Shown here piece after piece: positions 25,399 to 44,800 of a DNA stretch of 64,000 bases. This stretch comes from Octopus vulgaris (lineage: Eukaryota). The notes beneath the pieces were generated by a model. That model was not told the DNA's origin and searched no databases. It worked only from the letters and a program-made list of their open reading frames with translations. The position numbers and the translations under genes were made by a program. The stretch's first letter is position 1; each line of letters opens with the position of its first letter. Location: assembly GCA_951406725.2 (NCBI GenBank), contig OX597821.1, positions 34,348,001 through 34,412,000 on the forward strand, read 5' to 3'.

Positions 25399-25670
25399 CT
25401 AATACATATCAGTAACTGAGTCGATTAAGAAATTCGTTTCTTGATAGAAATCTAAATTAATAATTTAAAAAATTTTTTTAGGTGGTTTTTGGCGTAAAAT
25501 TTGTAGCCAAATTGATCTTGTCGATTTGTCGATACGATACTTGTTTGAGATATTGTTGATGCCGTTGCGGTCTCAACTAAAATCTATATTTATATGCTCA
25601 GACATATCTACCAACTCGTGATGAATTTAACTTTTAAAAAGAAAATGGTGTTTTTTGTTTTCTTTCTTGG

Positions 25671-25878
25671 CATACCTCTGCAAATGTGCCACCCCACTCC
25701 GACTTTGTTTTTTTTTTTCATAACTTTCAGGAAAGTGGATATTTTTTTAATGAATTTTTTTTACAAATAATTTTGAGATGGTGTAGATTAAGACCGCATA
25801 AGAATTTAATGCAGAAAAAAAAATGGTCTGCGCACTCACACACACATACATACATGCTTGCATGCATACATACATACA

Positions 25879-25909
<31 letters not shown>

Positions 25910-26150
25910 GTACACACACACATTTATATATATGCAAAATGAAATTGGAAATATTGAAAAAAAATTGTGATGTGTCTCAGTATGTATGTGTGTACGCCCA
26001 CCAACTGTTTTTTCACATTAAATTCCAATATGGTCGTAATCTATACCATGTGAAAAATATGTGTAGAAAATTTCATTAAAAAATATTAATTTTTCTGGGA
26101 AGTTTTTATGAAGGAACAAAGTCGATGTTGGGCACTCTTGTGTAGGTATG
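25671..26150. mobile_element. Old fold-back MITE with long degenerate TIRs around a (CATA)n centre
   Basis: CATACCT...AGGTATG ends and roughly 170-bp diverged inverted arms; no TSD. Confidence 0.55.
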
Positions 26151-26440
26151 TCGAAACAATATTCTCCTTCATTGACTCTGTAGCGTATGCTATGTTCTTT
26201 AATTGGCCGTCTTGATTTAGATACCATTTTGACTCCTACGATGGTTGTTCTGCAAGTGATCACATGACTATACCTGTTCGTGCTGATTGGATGCTCTAAG
26301 TCACCCAATCAGACCTCTTCCCACTACAGCAAAACGTGAGGTCTATTTGAGCCTACCCGGTGGCTGTAAATTAAGGAGGCGAGAATTGCTAGGAGAGATT
26401 CTTGTCGCTATGTTTTGTGGTTTTTCCGTGCACATCTTCA

Positions 26441-26616
26441 GGATCTTTTCACTTTGACCGGCAGATTTTTAAAATAATTTCTTTGTTACTAAACACTTTT
26501 AAACTTCGTATACTGGTAGTGTGTTACTTAAAACATCTTTTTCTCTTGGCTTTCTTGAGAAAATTTTGTAGTTTGTAAGCTATTTTAAAAATCTGTCGGT
26601 CAAAGTGAAAAGATCC
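26441..26616. mobile_element. Related short MITE (GGATCTTTTCACTTTGACC TIR)
   Basis: About 35-bp TIRs; perfect TSD CATCTTCA. Internal sequence is homologous to one side of the larger MITE. Confidence 0.9.
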
Positions 26617-27099
26617 CATCTTCATGTTCAAGGAACACGAGGAATCTATGTATATCCATCAACAGAATTATTCATGTCTACCAGTCTGCCGTATTTTTTT
26701 AGCGGTGAAATGTGGCAGTCAACTTTAACTTGTCTTCGTATTTCTTGACGATCTTTATAATGGACTCGTTTGAAACCAGAAGGTATTCACTCTGTTTACC
26801 TCGCTAAAACTCCAAAAATGCACATGATTTTAGGATGTCTGATGGAAGGAATAAGTGTGCATTATGGTCTTTTGTGTGTAGACGTTTTCGAAAAAGCTTC
26901 AACGCTCTCAGTCGGTCCACTATGATAATTACCAGGCAAATCTCCATTAGGTTTTAACAACAGTGAATGAATATAATATATCAGAAGACAAGATATATCA
27001 CGGCGCGTAAACTTGTCGACTGCTTGCCGATGTTTGATCACGTGGAGTTAACAGACGTATATTTGGGCTGCACACAGAGAGCGCAACGAAATATTTTCT

Positions 27100-27517
27100 G
27101 GATCTTTTCGGTTTGAACGGCAGTTTTTTCTAGCGGTGTCATATGAAATTGTCACCCATAATTATGACCCTAGTATCGATCTATTGCATTTCAATCTGTT
27201 TTAGGGTTATGGTTAGGATTAGGAGGAAGGGTATCTTTTTTTCTTCACAAATGTAAATAAACCCAATCTGTTTCTTAAACGAGGGACATATTCATACGGC
27301 ACAGAAGGTTTTTTTCACTTTAATAGACGGTCATTGATTGGTTGAAATTGCAGAAATTGAAGAAAAAAACAACAAATATCTTACAAACTATAGAATTTTC
27401 TCAATAAAGCCAAGAGAAAAAGATGTTTTATAAACACATTCTACCAGTATACGAAGTTTAAAATTTTTTAGTTACCTAGAAATTATGTTAAAACTGCTGT
27501 TCAAACCGAAAAGATCC
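27100..27517. mobile_element. GGATCTTTTC-ended MITE
   Basis: TIRs; TSD TATTTTCT/CATTTTCT. Confidence 0.92.
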
Positions 27518-28074
27518 CATTTTCTTTATAATAATTTTGTTCTTGCATTACTAGGACATAACCTGGTCGTAATTTGCTATCAAATTTAATAATACACACT
27601 CAGAAACAAAGTTTAAGTCAGGTTGAAGTCGTATTATATGAGGAATTCGACTGAACTTTGTTTACACTTACGCCAGATCATGTACAGTACCGTAGCTCCA
27701 TCCAATATTCTTTCGGAAGTCGATGGGGGTCTCAGAGACACAGTGTTAATGTCCGTCCTGGTTTAACAGAACTTTGGTCAAAGGTGTTTCAACCAGCACC
27801 TTGCCGTCTTTCTGTCTGATAATTTTAGAGGTACCTATGACTACATTATTCAAAGTGTATTCTTTTGTAAATGTTATGGGTGATGTATGATTTGAGGGAC
27901 GTTCGACAGCTGTTTCTAGCATATCCAGTGACCATGTAGATGATCTTCATATCCCTCTGTGCGCGGAAGATAGGTAAAACATTTCCGATGCATGTGATAT
28001 TGCTACGCTATCACCATAACAACCACTTGCACTACTGCCGTCCCAGTACCATACGGCACCCATAGCACTATCCA

Positions 28075-29531
28075 CAGTCGTCGTGACCACCACCACAACC
28101 ACCATCGTTATTGCCGTGAACACCACCATCACCACCACCCCATCATCATCACTATCAACCATGATCTTCGTCGTCAGACTGTCATCATCATCATCATCAT
28201 CACCATCGTCGTCACCACCATTACCACCACCATCATTGTCACTATCGTCATCATCATCCACCACCACCACCACCACCACCACCCTATCATCATCACTATC
28301 GTCGTCGTCATCGTCGTTGTCAGACCGTCATCATCGTCATCACCATCGTCGTCGTCACCACCACCACCACACCACCACCACCACTACCACCACCACCACC
28401 ACCATCATTGTCACTATTGTCATCATCCACCACCACTACCACCACCACAACCACCACCACCCTATCATCATCACTACCATCGTCGTCATCGTCGTTGTCA
28501 GACCGTCATCATCGTCATCACCATCGTCGTCACCAGCAGCAGCAGCAGCACCACCACCATCATCATTGTTACTGTCATCATCGTCATCGTCGTCACCACC
28601 ACTACCACCACCACCACCACCACCACCACCCCATCATTATCACCATCACTACCGTCGCCTTCGTCGTCGTCGTCATCATCATCATTATCATCACCATCGA
28701 GGAAGCTTCTTACAAGGTCGTTCAACTCCCCACCCCACCCCTAGAGATAGTAGTCTAGTCCAATACTTCTTCAAACTTCACAGCCTGGACATGAGACTGA
28801 ACGATAAAGAAGCAATTGCTACTTCACTTTCCAGCATTCCAGAGTTAAAAAAATATAACGGAACACAAAGCAAGTCTTAAAGTCTTCCATTCTGATCTGT
28901 CACAGAAACAACAACAACAAAAAAAAAAAGGAAAAAAAGAAAGAAAAACAAACGAAAAATCACCATCACTACTATTACCTACGCAACAACAATGACATCG
29001 TCATCATCATCGTCATTGGCGTCGTTGTCGTCATCATCACCATCGCAATCACCACCGTCATGTCATCGTCATAGTTATTATCATCGCCATCGTCATCGTC
29101 GCCACCACCACCACCACCACCACCACTACCACTACCATCATCATTCTCAACGTTATCGTCCGTCATCAATCATCAACCATCGTCACCATCTGACCGGTGT
29201 CATCATCATCATCATCATCGTCATCGTCATCATCATCATCATCATCATCATCGTCATCATCATCATCGTCGTCGTCATCATCGTCATCGTCATCATCATC
29301 ATCATCGTCATCATCATCATCATCGTCGTCATCATCGTCATCATCATCATCATCATCATCGTCATCATCATCATCATCGTCGTCATCATCGTCATCATCA
29401 TCATCATCATCATCGTCGTCATCATCGTCATCATCAACATCATCATCGCCATCATCATCGTCGTCATCATCATCATTACCACCACCACCACCGTCGTCAT
29501 CATCATCAACGTCATCATCATCATCATCATC

Positions 29532-29573
<42 letters not shown>

Positions 29574-29579
29574 GTCGTC

Positions 29580-29615
<36 letters not shown>

Positions 29616-29722
29616 GTCGTCGTCGTCGTCATCATCATCACACCTCATCGTCATTGCCTTTGTTGTCTTCACAACCACTACCACCACTACCACCACCACC
29701 ACCACCACCACCACCACCGTCG

Positions 29723-29754
<32 letters not shown>

Positions 29755-29776
29755 GCCATCATCGTCATCGTCGTCG

Positions 29777-29829
<53 letters not shown>

Positions 29830-29894
29830 GTCGTCGTCGTCATCATCATCACACCTCATCGTCATTGCCATTGTTGTCTTCACAACCACTACCA

Positions 29895-29925
<31 letters not shown>

Positions 29926-30130
29926 TGCTCTCGTTATCGCCGACAACGTTGTCGTCATCGTCTTTATCATATGCAGTAGAAGCAGAAACAGCAACAGTGA
30001 AAAACTGTCATCGTCGTATTTTCCGAAACTAGTAAACACGGCTCGTTGCATCACAAGTGGTTATTATATCATCATCATCATCAGCAGCAGCAGCAGCAAT
30101 ATCGACGACGACACCACCACCACCACGCAC
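28075..30130. repeat. (CAT/CAC/CGT)n triplet fields with local tandem duplications
   Basis: Visible directly; duplicated blocks around 28280-28530 and 29640-29925. Confidence 0.92.
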
Positions 30131-30231
30131 GAACTAACGAAAAAGAGTCTCTACATTTACGGTTCTCAACCGGGTTCCATATGACTTTTTTTAGCGGGGT
30201 GGGCACAAGATTTCGTTGTTAAAACTTATGA

Positions 30232-30517
30232 GCTGCGTGGCTGTGTGGTAAGAATTTACTTTCCAACCGTATGCTCCCGGGTTCATCCCACTGCATGGCA
30301 CATTGGACAAGTGTCTTCCATTATGCCAATAGTTCCCAACATTTTCACTACCAAGGACCCCTTTTTTCTAAATGAGTTTTCTCACGGACCCTCCAGTACT
30401 ACGTTTGCGAACCACAGGGTGGGAAACCACTGTACTATACCCTCGTGCCGACCAAAGCCTTGTGAATAAATTTGGTAGACGGAAACTGTAAGCCCGTGGT
30501 AAATACATATATATATG

Positions 30518-30548
<31 letters not shown>

Positions 30549-30759
30549 TTTACTCTTTTACTTGTTTCAGTCATTTGACTGTGGCCATGCTGGAGCACCG
30601 CCTTTAGTCGAGCAAATCGACCCCGGGACTTATTCTTTGTAAGCCCAGTACTTATTCTATCGGTCACTTTTGCCGAACCGCTAAGTGACGGGGACGTAAA
30701 CACATCAGCATGGGTTGTCAAGCAATGCTAGGGGGACAAACACAGACACACAAACACAG

Positions 30760-30792
<33 letters not shown>

Positions 30793-31302
30793 CACAAAAC
30801 ACACACATATATATATACATACATATATACGACAGGCTTCTTTCAGTTTCCGTCTACCAAATCCACTCACAAGGCATTGGTCGGCCCGGGGCTATAGCAG
30901 AAGACATTTGCCCAAGATGCCACGCAGTGGGACAAACCCGGAACCATGTGGTTGGTAAGCAAGCTACTTACCACATAGCCACTATGTATGTATGTATGTA
31001 TGTATGTATGTATGTATGTATGTATGTATGTATGTATGCATGTATGTCTGTCTGTATGTATGTATATATATACATATATGGGTGTGATGGTGTCTTTGTG
31101 TCTGAGTTTGTCTCCTGACAACCGGTGTTGGTGTGTTTACGTCCCTGTAACTTAGCGGTTCGGCAATATGGGGGCGATAGAATAAGTACTAGGCTTACAA
31201 CGAATAAGTCCTGGGGTCCGTTTGTTCGACTAAACTCCCTTCAAGACGGTGCTCCAGCATGGCCACAGTCAGAAGACTGAAACCAGCGAAAGAATAAAAG
31301 AA
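30232..31302. mobile_element. Nested SINE B cluster: (+) copy interrupted by a small hAT MITE and by a full (-) copy
   Basis: (+) head 30232-30500 contains a CAATAGTTCCCAAC...GGGAAACCACTG MITE at about 30328-30432. (-) copy at 30550-30983. (+) tail at 31080-31302. Confidence 0.8.
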
Positions 31303-31789
31303 TACTTCTACAAGACACAAACTATTTTAACAATCTCTTTTTATACAATTCCAAATAATATCTAATTATAGAGGTATAACAAGATTTTCGGACCATCGAA
31401 TGGCTCGTAAGGTCCACCTGAGCAAAAGAGAAATCAAAAGGGTCCAGGAGTGGCTGTGTGGTAAGGAGTTTGTTTCCCACCCACATGGTTCCGGGATCAG
31501 TCCCACTTCGTGGCACTTTGGACAAGTGTTTTTCTACTATAGCTTCGAGGGACTTCCAACAAACAAGCAAGCAGCAGCAGCAGCACCACCACCACCACCA
31601 CCACCACCACCATCACCATCATCATCATCACTACCACTTCACCCACGACCTGTTGAATACGATCATAATGAGCATGCGTCAGTCTCTTCCCCTCCTCCAC
31701 TTCTCCCTCCTCCACTAACTCTCACCAACAATAACAATACTCATACCACTACTCCCAACCAACGCCACCGTCTTCACCATCAATACAAC

Positions 31790-33357
31790 TTTTCTACTCT
31801 AGGCACAAGGCCTGAAATTTTTGGGGGAAGGGGCCAGTCGATTAGATAGACCCCCAATACGCAACTGGTGCTTAATTTATCGATCCCGAAAGGATGAAAG
31901 GCAAAGTCGACCTCGGCAGAATTTGAACTCAGAACGTAGCGACGGGTGAAATACCGCTAAGCATTTCGCCCAGCGTGCTAACGATTCTTATTTCTTTACT
32001 ACCCACAAGGGGCTAAACATAGAGGGGACAAACGAGGACAGACAAAGGGATTAAGTCGATTACATCGACCCCAGTGCATAACTGGTACTTAATTTATCGA
32101 CCCCGAAAGGATGAAAGGCAAAGTTGACCTCGGCGGAATTTGAACTCAGAACGTTACAGCAGACGAAATACCGCTCAGCATTTCGTCCGGCGTGCTAACG
32201 TTTCTGCCAGCTCGTCACTTTACCATCAATACAACTACCATTACAATGAAAATAGCAACTCAGATTCTTTCTTATAAGTGATATCTACAAATATCTCTTC
32301 GTACTATGAAATTTTTGGTGGATGGGGCTTATCGATTACTTCAGACCTTCAGTGTTCAACTGATAGTTACTTTATCGACCTCCAAGACAAAAATCAACCG
32401 CGGTGGAATTTGAACTCAGAACGTACGACGAGAAGAAACACCGTTAAACATTTTTGTCCAGCACGTAAACGACTCTTCCAGCTTGCCGCCTTAAAGGTAT
32501 AAATCGCCTTGCTGGCGAAATATCGAACTCTAGTCTCTCGCGTGATAGGCGGGGATGCTTACCACTACACTACCGAGCACTATAAATAATAATGGTGTGA
32601 ACTTTCAGCACGGTGCCGGCGGTTTTTGAGTGGAGGGAAAAGTCGATCATATCGTCCCCAGTACAATGACCGGTGCTTATCGATCCCGAAAGAATGAATG
32701 TCTAAGTCGGCCTGGACGGAAACTTGAACTCAGAACGTTAAGACGGACGAAATGTCGCTAAGCATTTTGCCCTGCGTGCTAATGATTCTGCCAGCTCATT
32801 GGTTTCCCGAGAACATTAACAATCCTTTTCTGCTATGGGTACAAGGCCTGAATTTTAGGGTGGGATGGGTGGGTGTGGTGAGGTAGGACTTATTTTGGGA
32901 TGGGGGAAAGGGGTAATTGTTTTATCGACTCCGGAAGAATGAAAAGCAATGAAAGACCTCGGCGGAATTTGAATTCTTGACGGACGGAATTTGAACTCAG
33001 ACGGACAAAAAACCGCTAAGCATTCTGTCCAACGTGGTAAGAAGGAAATGCTGCCAAACATTTTGTTCGGCGTGCTAACGATTCCGCCAACTCGTCGCTT
33101 TTTGATACCTCTGATACTAGTTTTAAATTTTGGCACGAAACCAGCAATTTCAAAGGAGCGGTTAAGTCGTTTACAACGACTTAAGTGTTCGACTAGTACT
33201 TATTTTATCGATCTCGAAAGGATGAACGGCAAAGTCGAGCAGTGCGAAATTTGAACTCAGAACGTAAAGATGGAAGAAATTCCTCTAAGCATGTTGCCTG
33301 GCGCGCTAACGATTCTGCAAGCATGCTGCCTTCAACGATAATAATAATAATAATAAT

Positions 33358-33406
<49 letters not shown>

Positions 33407-33900
33407 GTTTCAAATTTTGGCACAAGGTCAACAATTTCGAGAGAGAGGTAAGTCGATTACATTGACCCCAGTGTGAAACTGGTACTTATTTTATCGACCC
33501 CCCCCCCCCCCCGCGAAAGGATGAAAGGCAAAGTCGAGCACTGCGGAATTTGAACTCAGAACATAAAGACAGACGAAATACCTCTAAGCATTTCGCCTGG
33601 CGTGCTAACGATTCTACCAAGTCATCACCTTTGATATTATTATTCATGCTGGTGTCAAACTTTGGCACAAGGCCAGCAATGTCGGGGGAGTTGTGTGTGT
33701 GATGGTGGTGGTGGTGATGGGTGCTAATATATTATGTCGATCCAATGCTGAAATGGGGCTTATTTTATCGACCCCCGAAAGGATGGAAGAAAGGCAAAAA
33801 TGGACCTCGGCATATCTGAATACAGAACGTAAAGACGGACGAGATGCCGCTAAGCATTTTGTCCGGCATGCTAACTATTCTGCCAGCTCGTCACCTTTAA
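31790..33900 (-). mobile_element. Cluster of co-oriented SINE A copies
   Basis: GGAATTTGAACTCAGAACGT and GCTAACGATTCTGCCAGCTCG motifs recur about eight times, separated by (AAT)n tails. Confidence 0.8.
32507..32579 (-). pseudogene. tRNA-Asp(GTC)-derived pseudogene (anticodon position now ATC)
   Basis: Minus strand TGCTCGGTAGTGTAGTGGTAAGCATCCCCGCCTATCACGCGAGAGACTAGAGTTCGAT aligns with eukaryotic tRNA-Asp. Acceptor and T stems are broken. Confidence 0.75.
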
Positions 33901-33939
33901 CACCATTCATATTGATTCCACTATCGCAAACACAACCCC

Positions 33940-33949
33940 TAACACCACC

Positions 33950-34047
<98 letters not shown>

Positions 34048-34048
34048 C

Positions 34049-34113
<65 letters not shown>

Positions 34114-34540
34114 CATCACCACCAGTACTGCTGCTGCTACCAAAACTACCACCAGTATCAACTGCGACCACTACGACTAACGCTATTTCAAACACTACAG
34201 TTTACTACCACCAACACTATCACCGATACTATAACTGTTTCCAGCACACTAACAAAACTACAACCGCAACAACCACTTACAACGACTGCAACTCCAACCA
34301 ATACCAGCAACACCAACCACTGCATCTACTACTACACGTACTATCCGGCATCCAACCAGTTGCTGTCATTTTTAAGAAGCAAACAGTAAAAGCTTCAATC
34401 AGAGCGCTACACTAACTTTACAAGCATTATTATTTAGCAGCAGCAGTAGCAGCAGCAGTAGTAGCAGTGGTAGTAGTAGTAGTAGTGGTTGTGGTAGTGG
34501 TGGTAGTGATCTTGGCATTTGTAGTAGTTGGGAAACAGCT

Positions 34541-34593
<53 letters not shown>

Positions 34594-34758
34594 GGCAGTA
34601 GTATTAGTGGCAGTAGTAGTAGTAGTAGTAGTAGTAATAGTAGTAGTAGTAGCAGTAGCAATAGAAAGTGCGGTGATGGTGGTGGTGGTAGTAGTAGTAG
34701 TAGTGGTTGTGGTAGTGGTGGTAGTGATCTTGGCATTTGTAGTAGTTGGGAAACAGCT

Positions 34759-34819
<61 letters not shown>

Positions 34820-34896
34820 CAGTAGTATTAGTGGCAGTAGTAGTAGTAGTAGTAATAGTAGTAGTAGTAGCAGTAGCAATAGAAAGTGCGGTGATG

Positions 34897-34941
<45 letters not shown>

Positions 34942-36570
34942 ACAGGGGTATATGTGGTGGTGGTGGTAGTAGTGGTGGCAGTAGTAGTTGTAACAATATT
35001 TACCAGCGCTGTAGCGGTAGTCGTAACAGTATCACCACCACCATCAACAACAACACCACCACCAACAACAACAACAACAGCAATGACAACAGCACCAGCA
35101 CCACCACCACCACCAACAGCAATAACAATGACAATAGCGTCACCCTCATCACCATCATCAATAAAACCCACCAGCAGCAGCAGCACCACCACCACCAACA
35201 ACAACAACAATAACAATCAGCCAATAAGGAGAAGCTTTATGAGATCGGTTAATCTGCTAGAAAGAGCAGTTCAAATCTCAGTCCCCCAATCTTAGCGATT
35301 TTTAATAAGGAATGAATGAATACATTGGAGAATGTAGTCGTAGTTGAATAACATTAGTGATAATAATAATAATAATTATTATTATTATAAATAAATAAAT
35401 AAATAAATAAATAATGAATAAATAAATAAATAAATAAATCGGAGTGGTCATTGCTGGAATTGACCGAGGGCTAAACAACAATAGCAACACCACAGAAAAG
35501 CGTTACTACTAGCAGAACTATCAGTAACACTTAGTAATATCAACAACAGCAGCAGCAGCAGATTCAGCAGCACCATCGCTGTCGCCATCACCACTACTAT
35601 CACCACCACCTCCGCCATCACCACTGCTATCACCACCACCTCCGCCGTCACCATAACAATTTGAACTGCTCGTAGCAGCTCTAACAGTTCCACCTCCATT
35701 AAAAACCTGTACCACTAACAGCAGCATCTGCAGCAGTACTACCAATTTTCCCCACCACCACCACCACCACCACTACCTTCAACACCCTTATCAATTGCAC
35801 CGTCTGCACCACCATCACCACCAAAACCACCACCACCACCACCACCTTCACCATCTCCAAATCCACCACCACCACCACCACCTTCACCATCTCCAAATCC
35901 ACCACCACCACCACCACCACCTTCACCATCTCCAAATCCACCACCACCACCACCACCACCTTCACCATCTCCAAATCCACCACCACCACCACCACCACCA
36001 CCTTCACCATCTCCAAATCCACCACCACCAACCACCTCCACCACCACCACCACCAACCACCTCCACCATCACCATCACCACCACCGCCATCTCCATCACC
36101 ATCTCTACCACCACCACCATTAATTGCACCGTCACCACCACCACCTCCATCAACAAAATCACCATCATCACTACCACTATCACTACCACCATCACCACCA
36201 CTACCACAGTTAGCACAGCCACCACCATCATTACCGATTGCACTATCTGCACCACCACCACCACCACTACCACCACCACCACTACCACCACCACCACCAC
36301 CATCACCACTACTAAGGTTAGCACATCCACCACGATCACCACCACCACCACCATCATTATCAATTGCACTATCGGCACCACCACCACCACCACCACCACC
36401 ACCACCACTACTATTAACAATTGCACTGTTAACACCAACAACAGTACTAGATGCACAACCAACCTCACTGCAACCAATACTAGCTGCACCATCACCACCA
36501 CCACCACCACCACCAATACTACCAATACCACCTGCAGCAGCAACAACAGCAGTAGCAGCTAGTAAGCAAA
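33940..36570. repeat. (CTA)n, (TAG)n and (CCA)n triplet fields with embedded minisatellites
   Basis: Visible directly; tandem block at about 34470-34930 and five copies of CCTTCACCATCTCCAAAT at 35845-36018. Confidence 0.92.
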
Positions 36571-36841
36571 ATAAAACGGCATCGTTGTCGTTTGGCATCT
36601 AACCGTATTCAAGGAAATCTCGTTTGCTGCCAAGCCATGCCAAGTTGCCATAAACCATTAACTGGAGAAAAAGAGAGTGAGCAGTGCTTAAACAAGAGGC
36701 ACGTTGCCAACCAACCAACTAGTCAACATATCTACCAATCTGACAACTGATTAACTAAGCAACTAGTCTTAACATAAGATTTGATTATTGATATTAGAAC
36801 GCTACCCGTGACACGAACCCGCTTCGCTAGCGTCATTGCAT

Positions 36842-40850
<4,009 letters not shown>

Positions 40851-41240
40851 CATGTACGAAGAAATAGAATTATGACAGCTGTCCCTTATTCGCAACGCCT
40901 TAAAATGCTGGAGTAGAAAACTTCTTTCACTCCTTTAGGCCTCGAACCGCAATTTTAAAGAGAAGGCATGGAAATAGGATACTTGTTGCTAAAAATGTGA
41001 CAAAACCTATATTCAAAGACTCAATGTTCGATCGATGCCTCAAATGATGCCTGATTCTGTGTGCGTGCGTGTAATATGTGTGTGTGTGTGTGTGTGTATA
41101 AAATCACCAGTCAGGATTCATTGTATAGTGATTTCCAGCAGACATGGAAACATTGTTTTTTGGCTGAAGAGGAAGCTGTGGCGATCAGGCCATTCCAGAG
41201 AGAGAGAAAGAGAGATAGAGAGAGAAATAGAAGATATTTC

Positions 41241-41306
<66 letters not shown>

Positions 41307-43390
41307 ATGTGAATATATAAAAGGTAAATCGAACCCCAGCCGTGAATAGAACCCGAGTTACTAACTGTTCGCACACAGACGAACTCAAACCGGACTCTAA
41401 AACACAGGTTATACCAGTTTAAAAGAAAGGGAAGCGTGTGACGTTGTGTGACGTTTAGATATTTCCTAAAGACATTGATGCCGACAGAAGTTCATTGAGC
41501 CGAGGAATCGAGCCTAAGTGACAGCTTTTTATTGTTGTTTAGACTAAGTTAACCCTCCTCCATTGTGTCCTTGTTAAAGCAGATCTGGTTGAGGACGTCT
41601 TAGCCTTGACCATCTCCACTTTGTTTTTTTCAGACATGGTGTCTCGAAGACTTTGTCTTCCTTTTGTCTGAGACGGGTAGAGTGTGATTTGAGTGAATAG
41701 TGGAATATATATCTAGCAACTCAGTTTTCTCACTTTAAATTTCGATGTAATTGTAATCTATATCACCTGAAACGTATTTATTGCAAATTTCGTTAGAAAA
41801 TGTCTGTTTTTCAGAAAGTTATGAGGAAATAAAGTCGGGATGTCTGTAGGTAAGCCGCCTGAAAGACCCGCTTTTAATTGAAGCATGGCGAAGCGTGCTG
41901 ACGGTTTATTGGAACCAACTCACTCTGTTACTGATACTTTATTTCATTGAATCTCTTGAGTCGATGGTCCGAAACTGAAGCGGAGGTTAAAAGCGTAAAT
42001 CAATGAAGGAGGTTGACTCTCTACCGCCTGTTCTGGTTTTAGATTTCTGACGTTTAGGGATGCAGCCACACCAAACTGATTTTGGAAGGAAGAGAGATGT
42101 GAATGGCGTTTATGCCATGGTGGGCTTTAGAGATAGATGACAGTGAGGATGATAATGACGATGTGTTGTTTTGGCCGAGGTTGGTTATCTCTGAATTGAG
42201 TTAGACTTATGATCAAATGTATTCCCATCTTGAAGATCTAATCCTATCAGAACTACATTATCCATTCTTTTCTTTTTCTTTTTTTAATTGTTAAAGATAG
42301 TAAAGGTGTGATTTGAGTGAGAGAATTGGGCTGCTGCAACTAGCGGGTCGAATGAACGTGGGAGCTCTCCGTCACAAGTTGACTCGTGATTATGGTGGAC
42401 TAATTTTACAAGCATGGCGGAGTCTTTGGAGAGATTTTTCCTGGGAAATAAGAATATGGTGCTGTTAAGGGGGTGGGGTGGAAACCATGCCTTCTGTACT
42501 GTTGTTTAATGCTTCGGGATTTCTTCTTTGTATCATATATTTCCATTTACATCTACAGTAGTTTGTAGGGATATCAAATAGCTTGTTAACTGGTTCTACA
42601 TTTTCTCGAGCTTGCAAAAATGAAATGCAGAGTTGTTCATGGCAAGGATATAAACTCGGAACGTAAAGGGTCACAACTAAATACTTCAGGGCAATATGTC
42701 CGATGCTCTAAACGATTTAATCGGCAAAGGCATTACTGCCGTGAATCTCTCTCTCTTTTTCTTTTATCGTTTTTTTTTTAGAACTGCAATCCGCGGGACT
42801 TTTTGGACGGCACACCTAATTTCACAGAGAAAATAGCGTTCATTGATTTTGATTTGGTAGTTTGGGCACTAGATGAGGAGCTGCGGCCCTTTTCTTGAAA
42901 ACAGTTGCTCATTACTGACCTAAGGTATTACACTGGCCGGTGTGTCCTCCTTGTTCTAAGAATCGAGTTGGGTTTTGGGGAGAGATTTCCTTGTTATATC
43001 TATTGTCTGGTGCGATCACAAAAGAAGCGTCCCCTCCCTCCCAGCTCGCTGACTGAAGTAAAAAACGGTATGGAGTCCTATATTTCTATGTAAAATTACT
43101 GTTATTTGGATGAAGTGTTAGGACTGGTCTGCACTGTTTCTTATCCATATTGGATTTGTTGTTTAAACCCATATTAGCTCTGATCGAGCAGACATATGAC
43201 CAAAATATTCCAGCCGTGACCACCACGGTTTTCTGTATATCCAGCACTATGCTATCTACTGCATTCTTCCAATAGACTGTTAGGGTGACTCGGGGACGAT
43301 GTCACTGATATTTCTAGCAGTTCGACCGGTTATGTAGCCCTCATTGTGTATACACACACACACACACTTCTATGCTCATACATGTGCATG

Positions 43391-43475
<85 letters not shown>

Positions 43476-43485
43476 TAGTATACAC

Positions 43486-43525
<40 letters not shown>

Positions 43526-44269
43526 ACGGTAAATGCATATTCCAACTTTCTACAAGTAAATATTTAATTCCAACATCAGAAGTTAAAGCAGATACTGAAT
43601 GAATGAATGTGCGCCTGTCTTTGTATGTATGTATGTATGTATGTATGTATGTATGTATGTATGTATGTATGTATGTATGCATGCATGCATGTATGTATAT
43701 ATATATGTGTGTATGTATGCATGCATGTATATGTATGTATGTATGTATGTATGTATATGTACGATCTGTGTGTAATGCTGTCACTCATTGGACTGCGGTC
43801 ATGCTGGGTCCACTGTCAAGTGCTTTATTCATTTGTGCAAACCCTAGGAATTTAGAACTTATTTTATCCATCACTAAGTGCATTTAGTTACGGCCATACA
43901 TAAAATTACACCGGTATACTCAGGCACACCTTGTGTGTGCGAGTAAAATAAAATTCTATTCCTAGTCTTTGGTGTTTTGCTTATTCCGCCAACGCCCTTG
44001 ACAGTTAAGCACATTATGTTACAAATTTCCCAGTGCCTTCTTATATCAATAGGACCTGATCACCTATTGATATTTCTGATTACGAAAAGGTCAAGCAATC
44101 CATTCTATTCATGCCACACTTTTACAACATGTGATAAATACAATTCTCTCAAACTTAAAAAAAAAAATACACCAACTATATACAACATATGTGCGCATAT
44201 ATATATATATATATATATATGTGTGTTTGCGTCCGTGTATGTATATATGTGTCCATTTATGTATATATC

Positions 44270-44800
<531 letters not shown>

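Noticed and set aside
28083-30184. Long ORFs of poly-S, H, I, D or M (up to 346 aa)
   Set aside because: Triplet repeats are open in several frames on both strands, with no domain or splice context.
35699-36598. Extensin-like or glycine-rich protein gene
   Set aside because: (CCA)n-derived, with the proline frame shifting along the tract and no signal peptide or exon boundaries.
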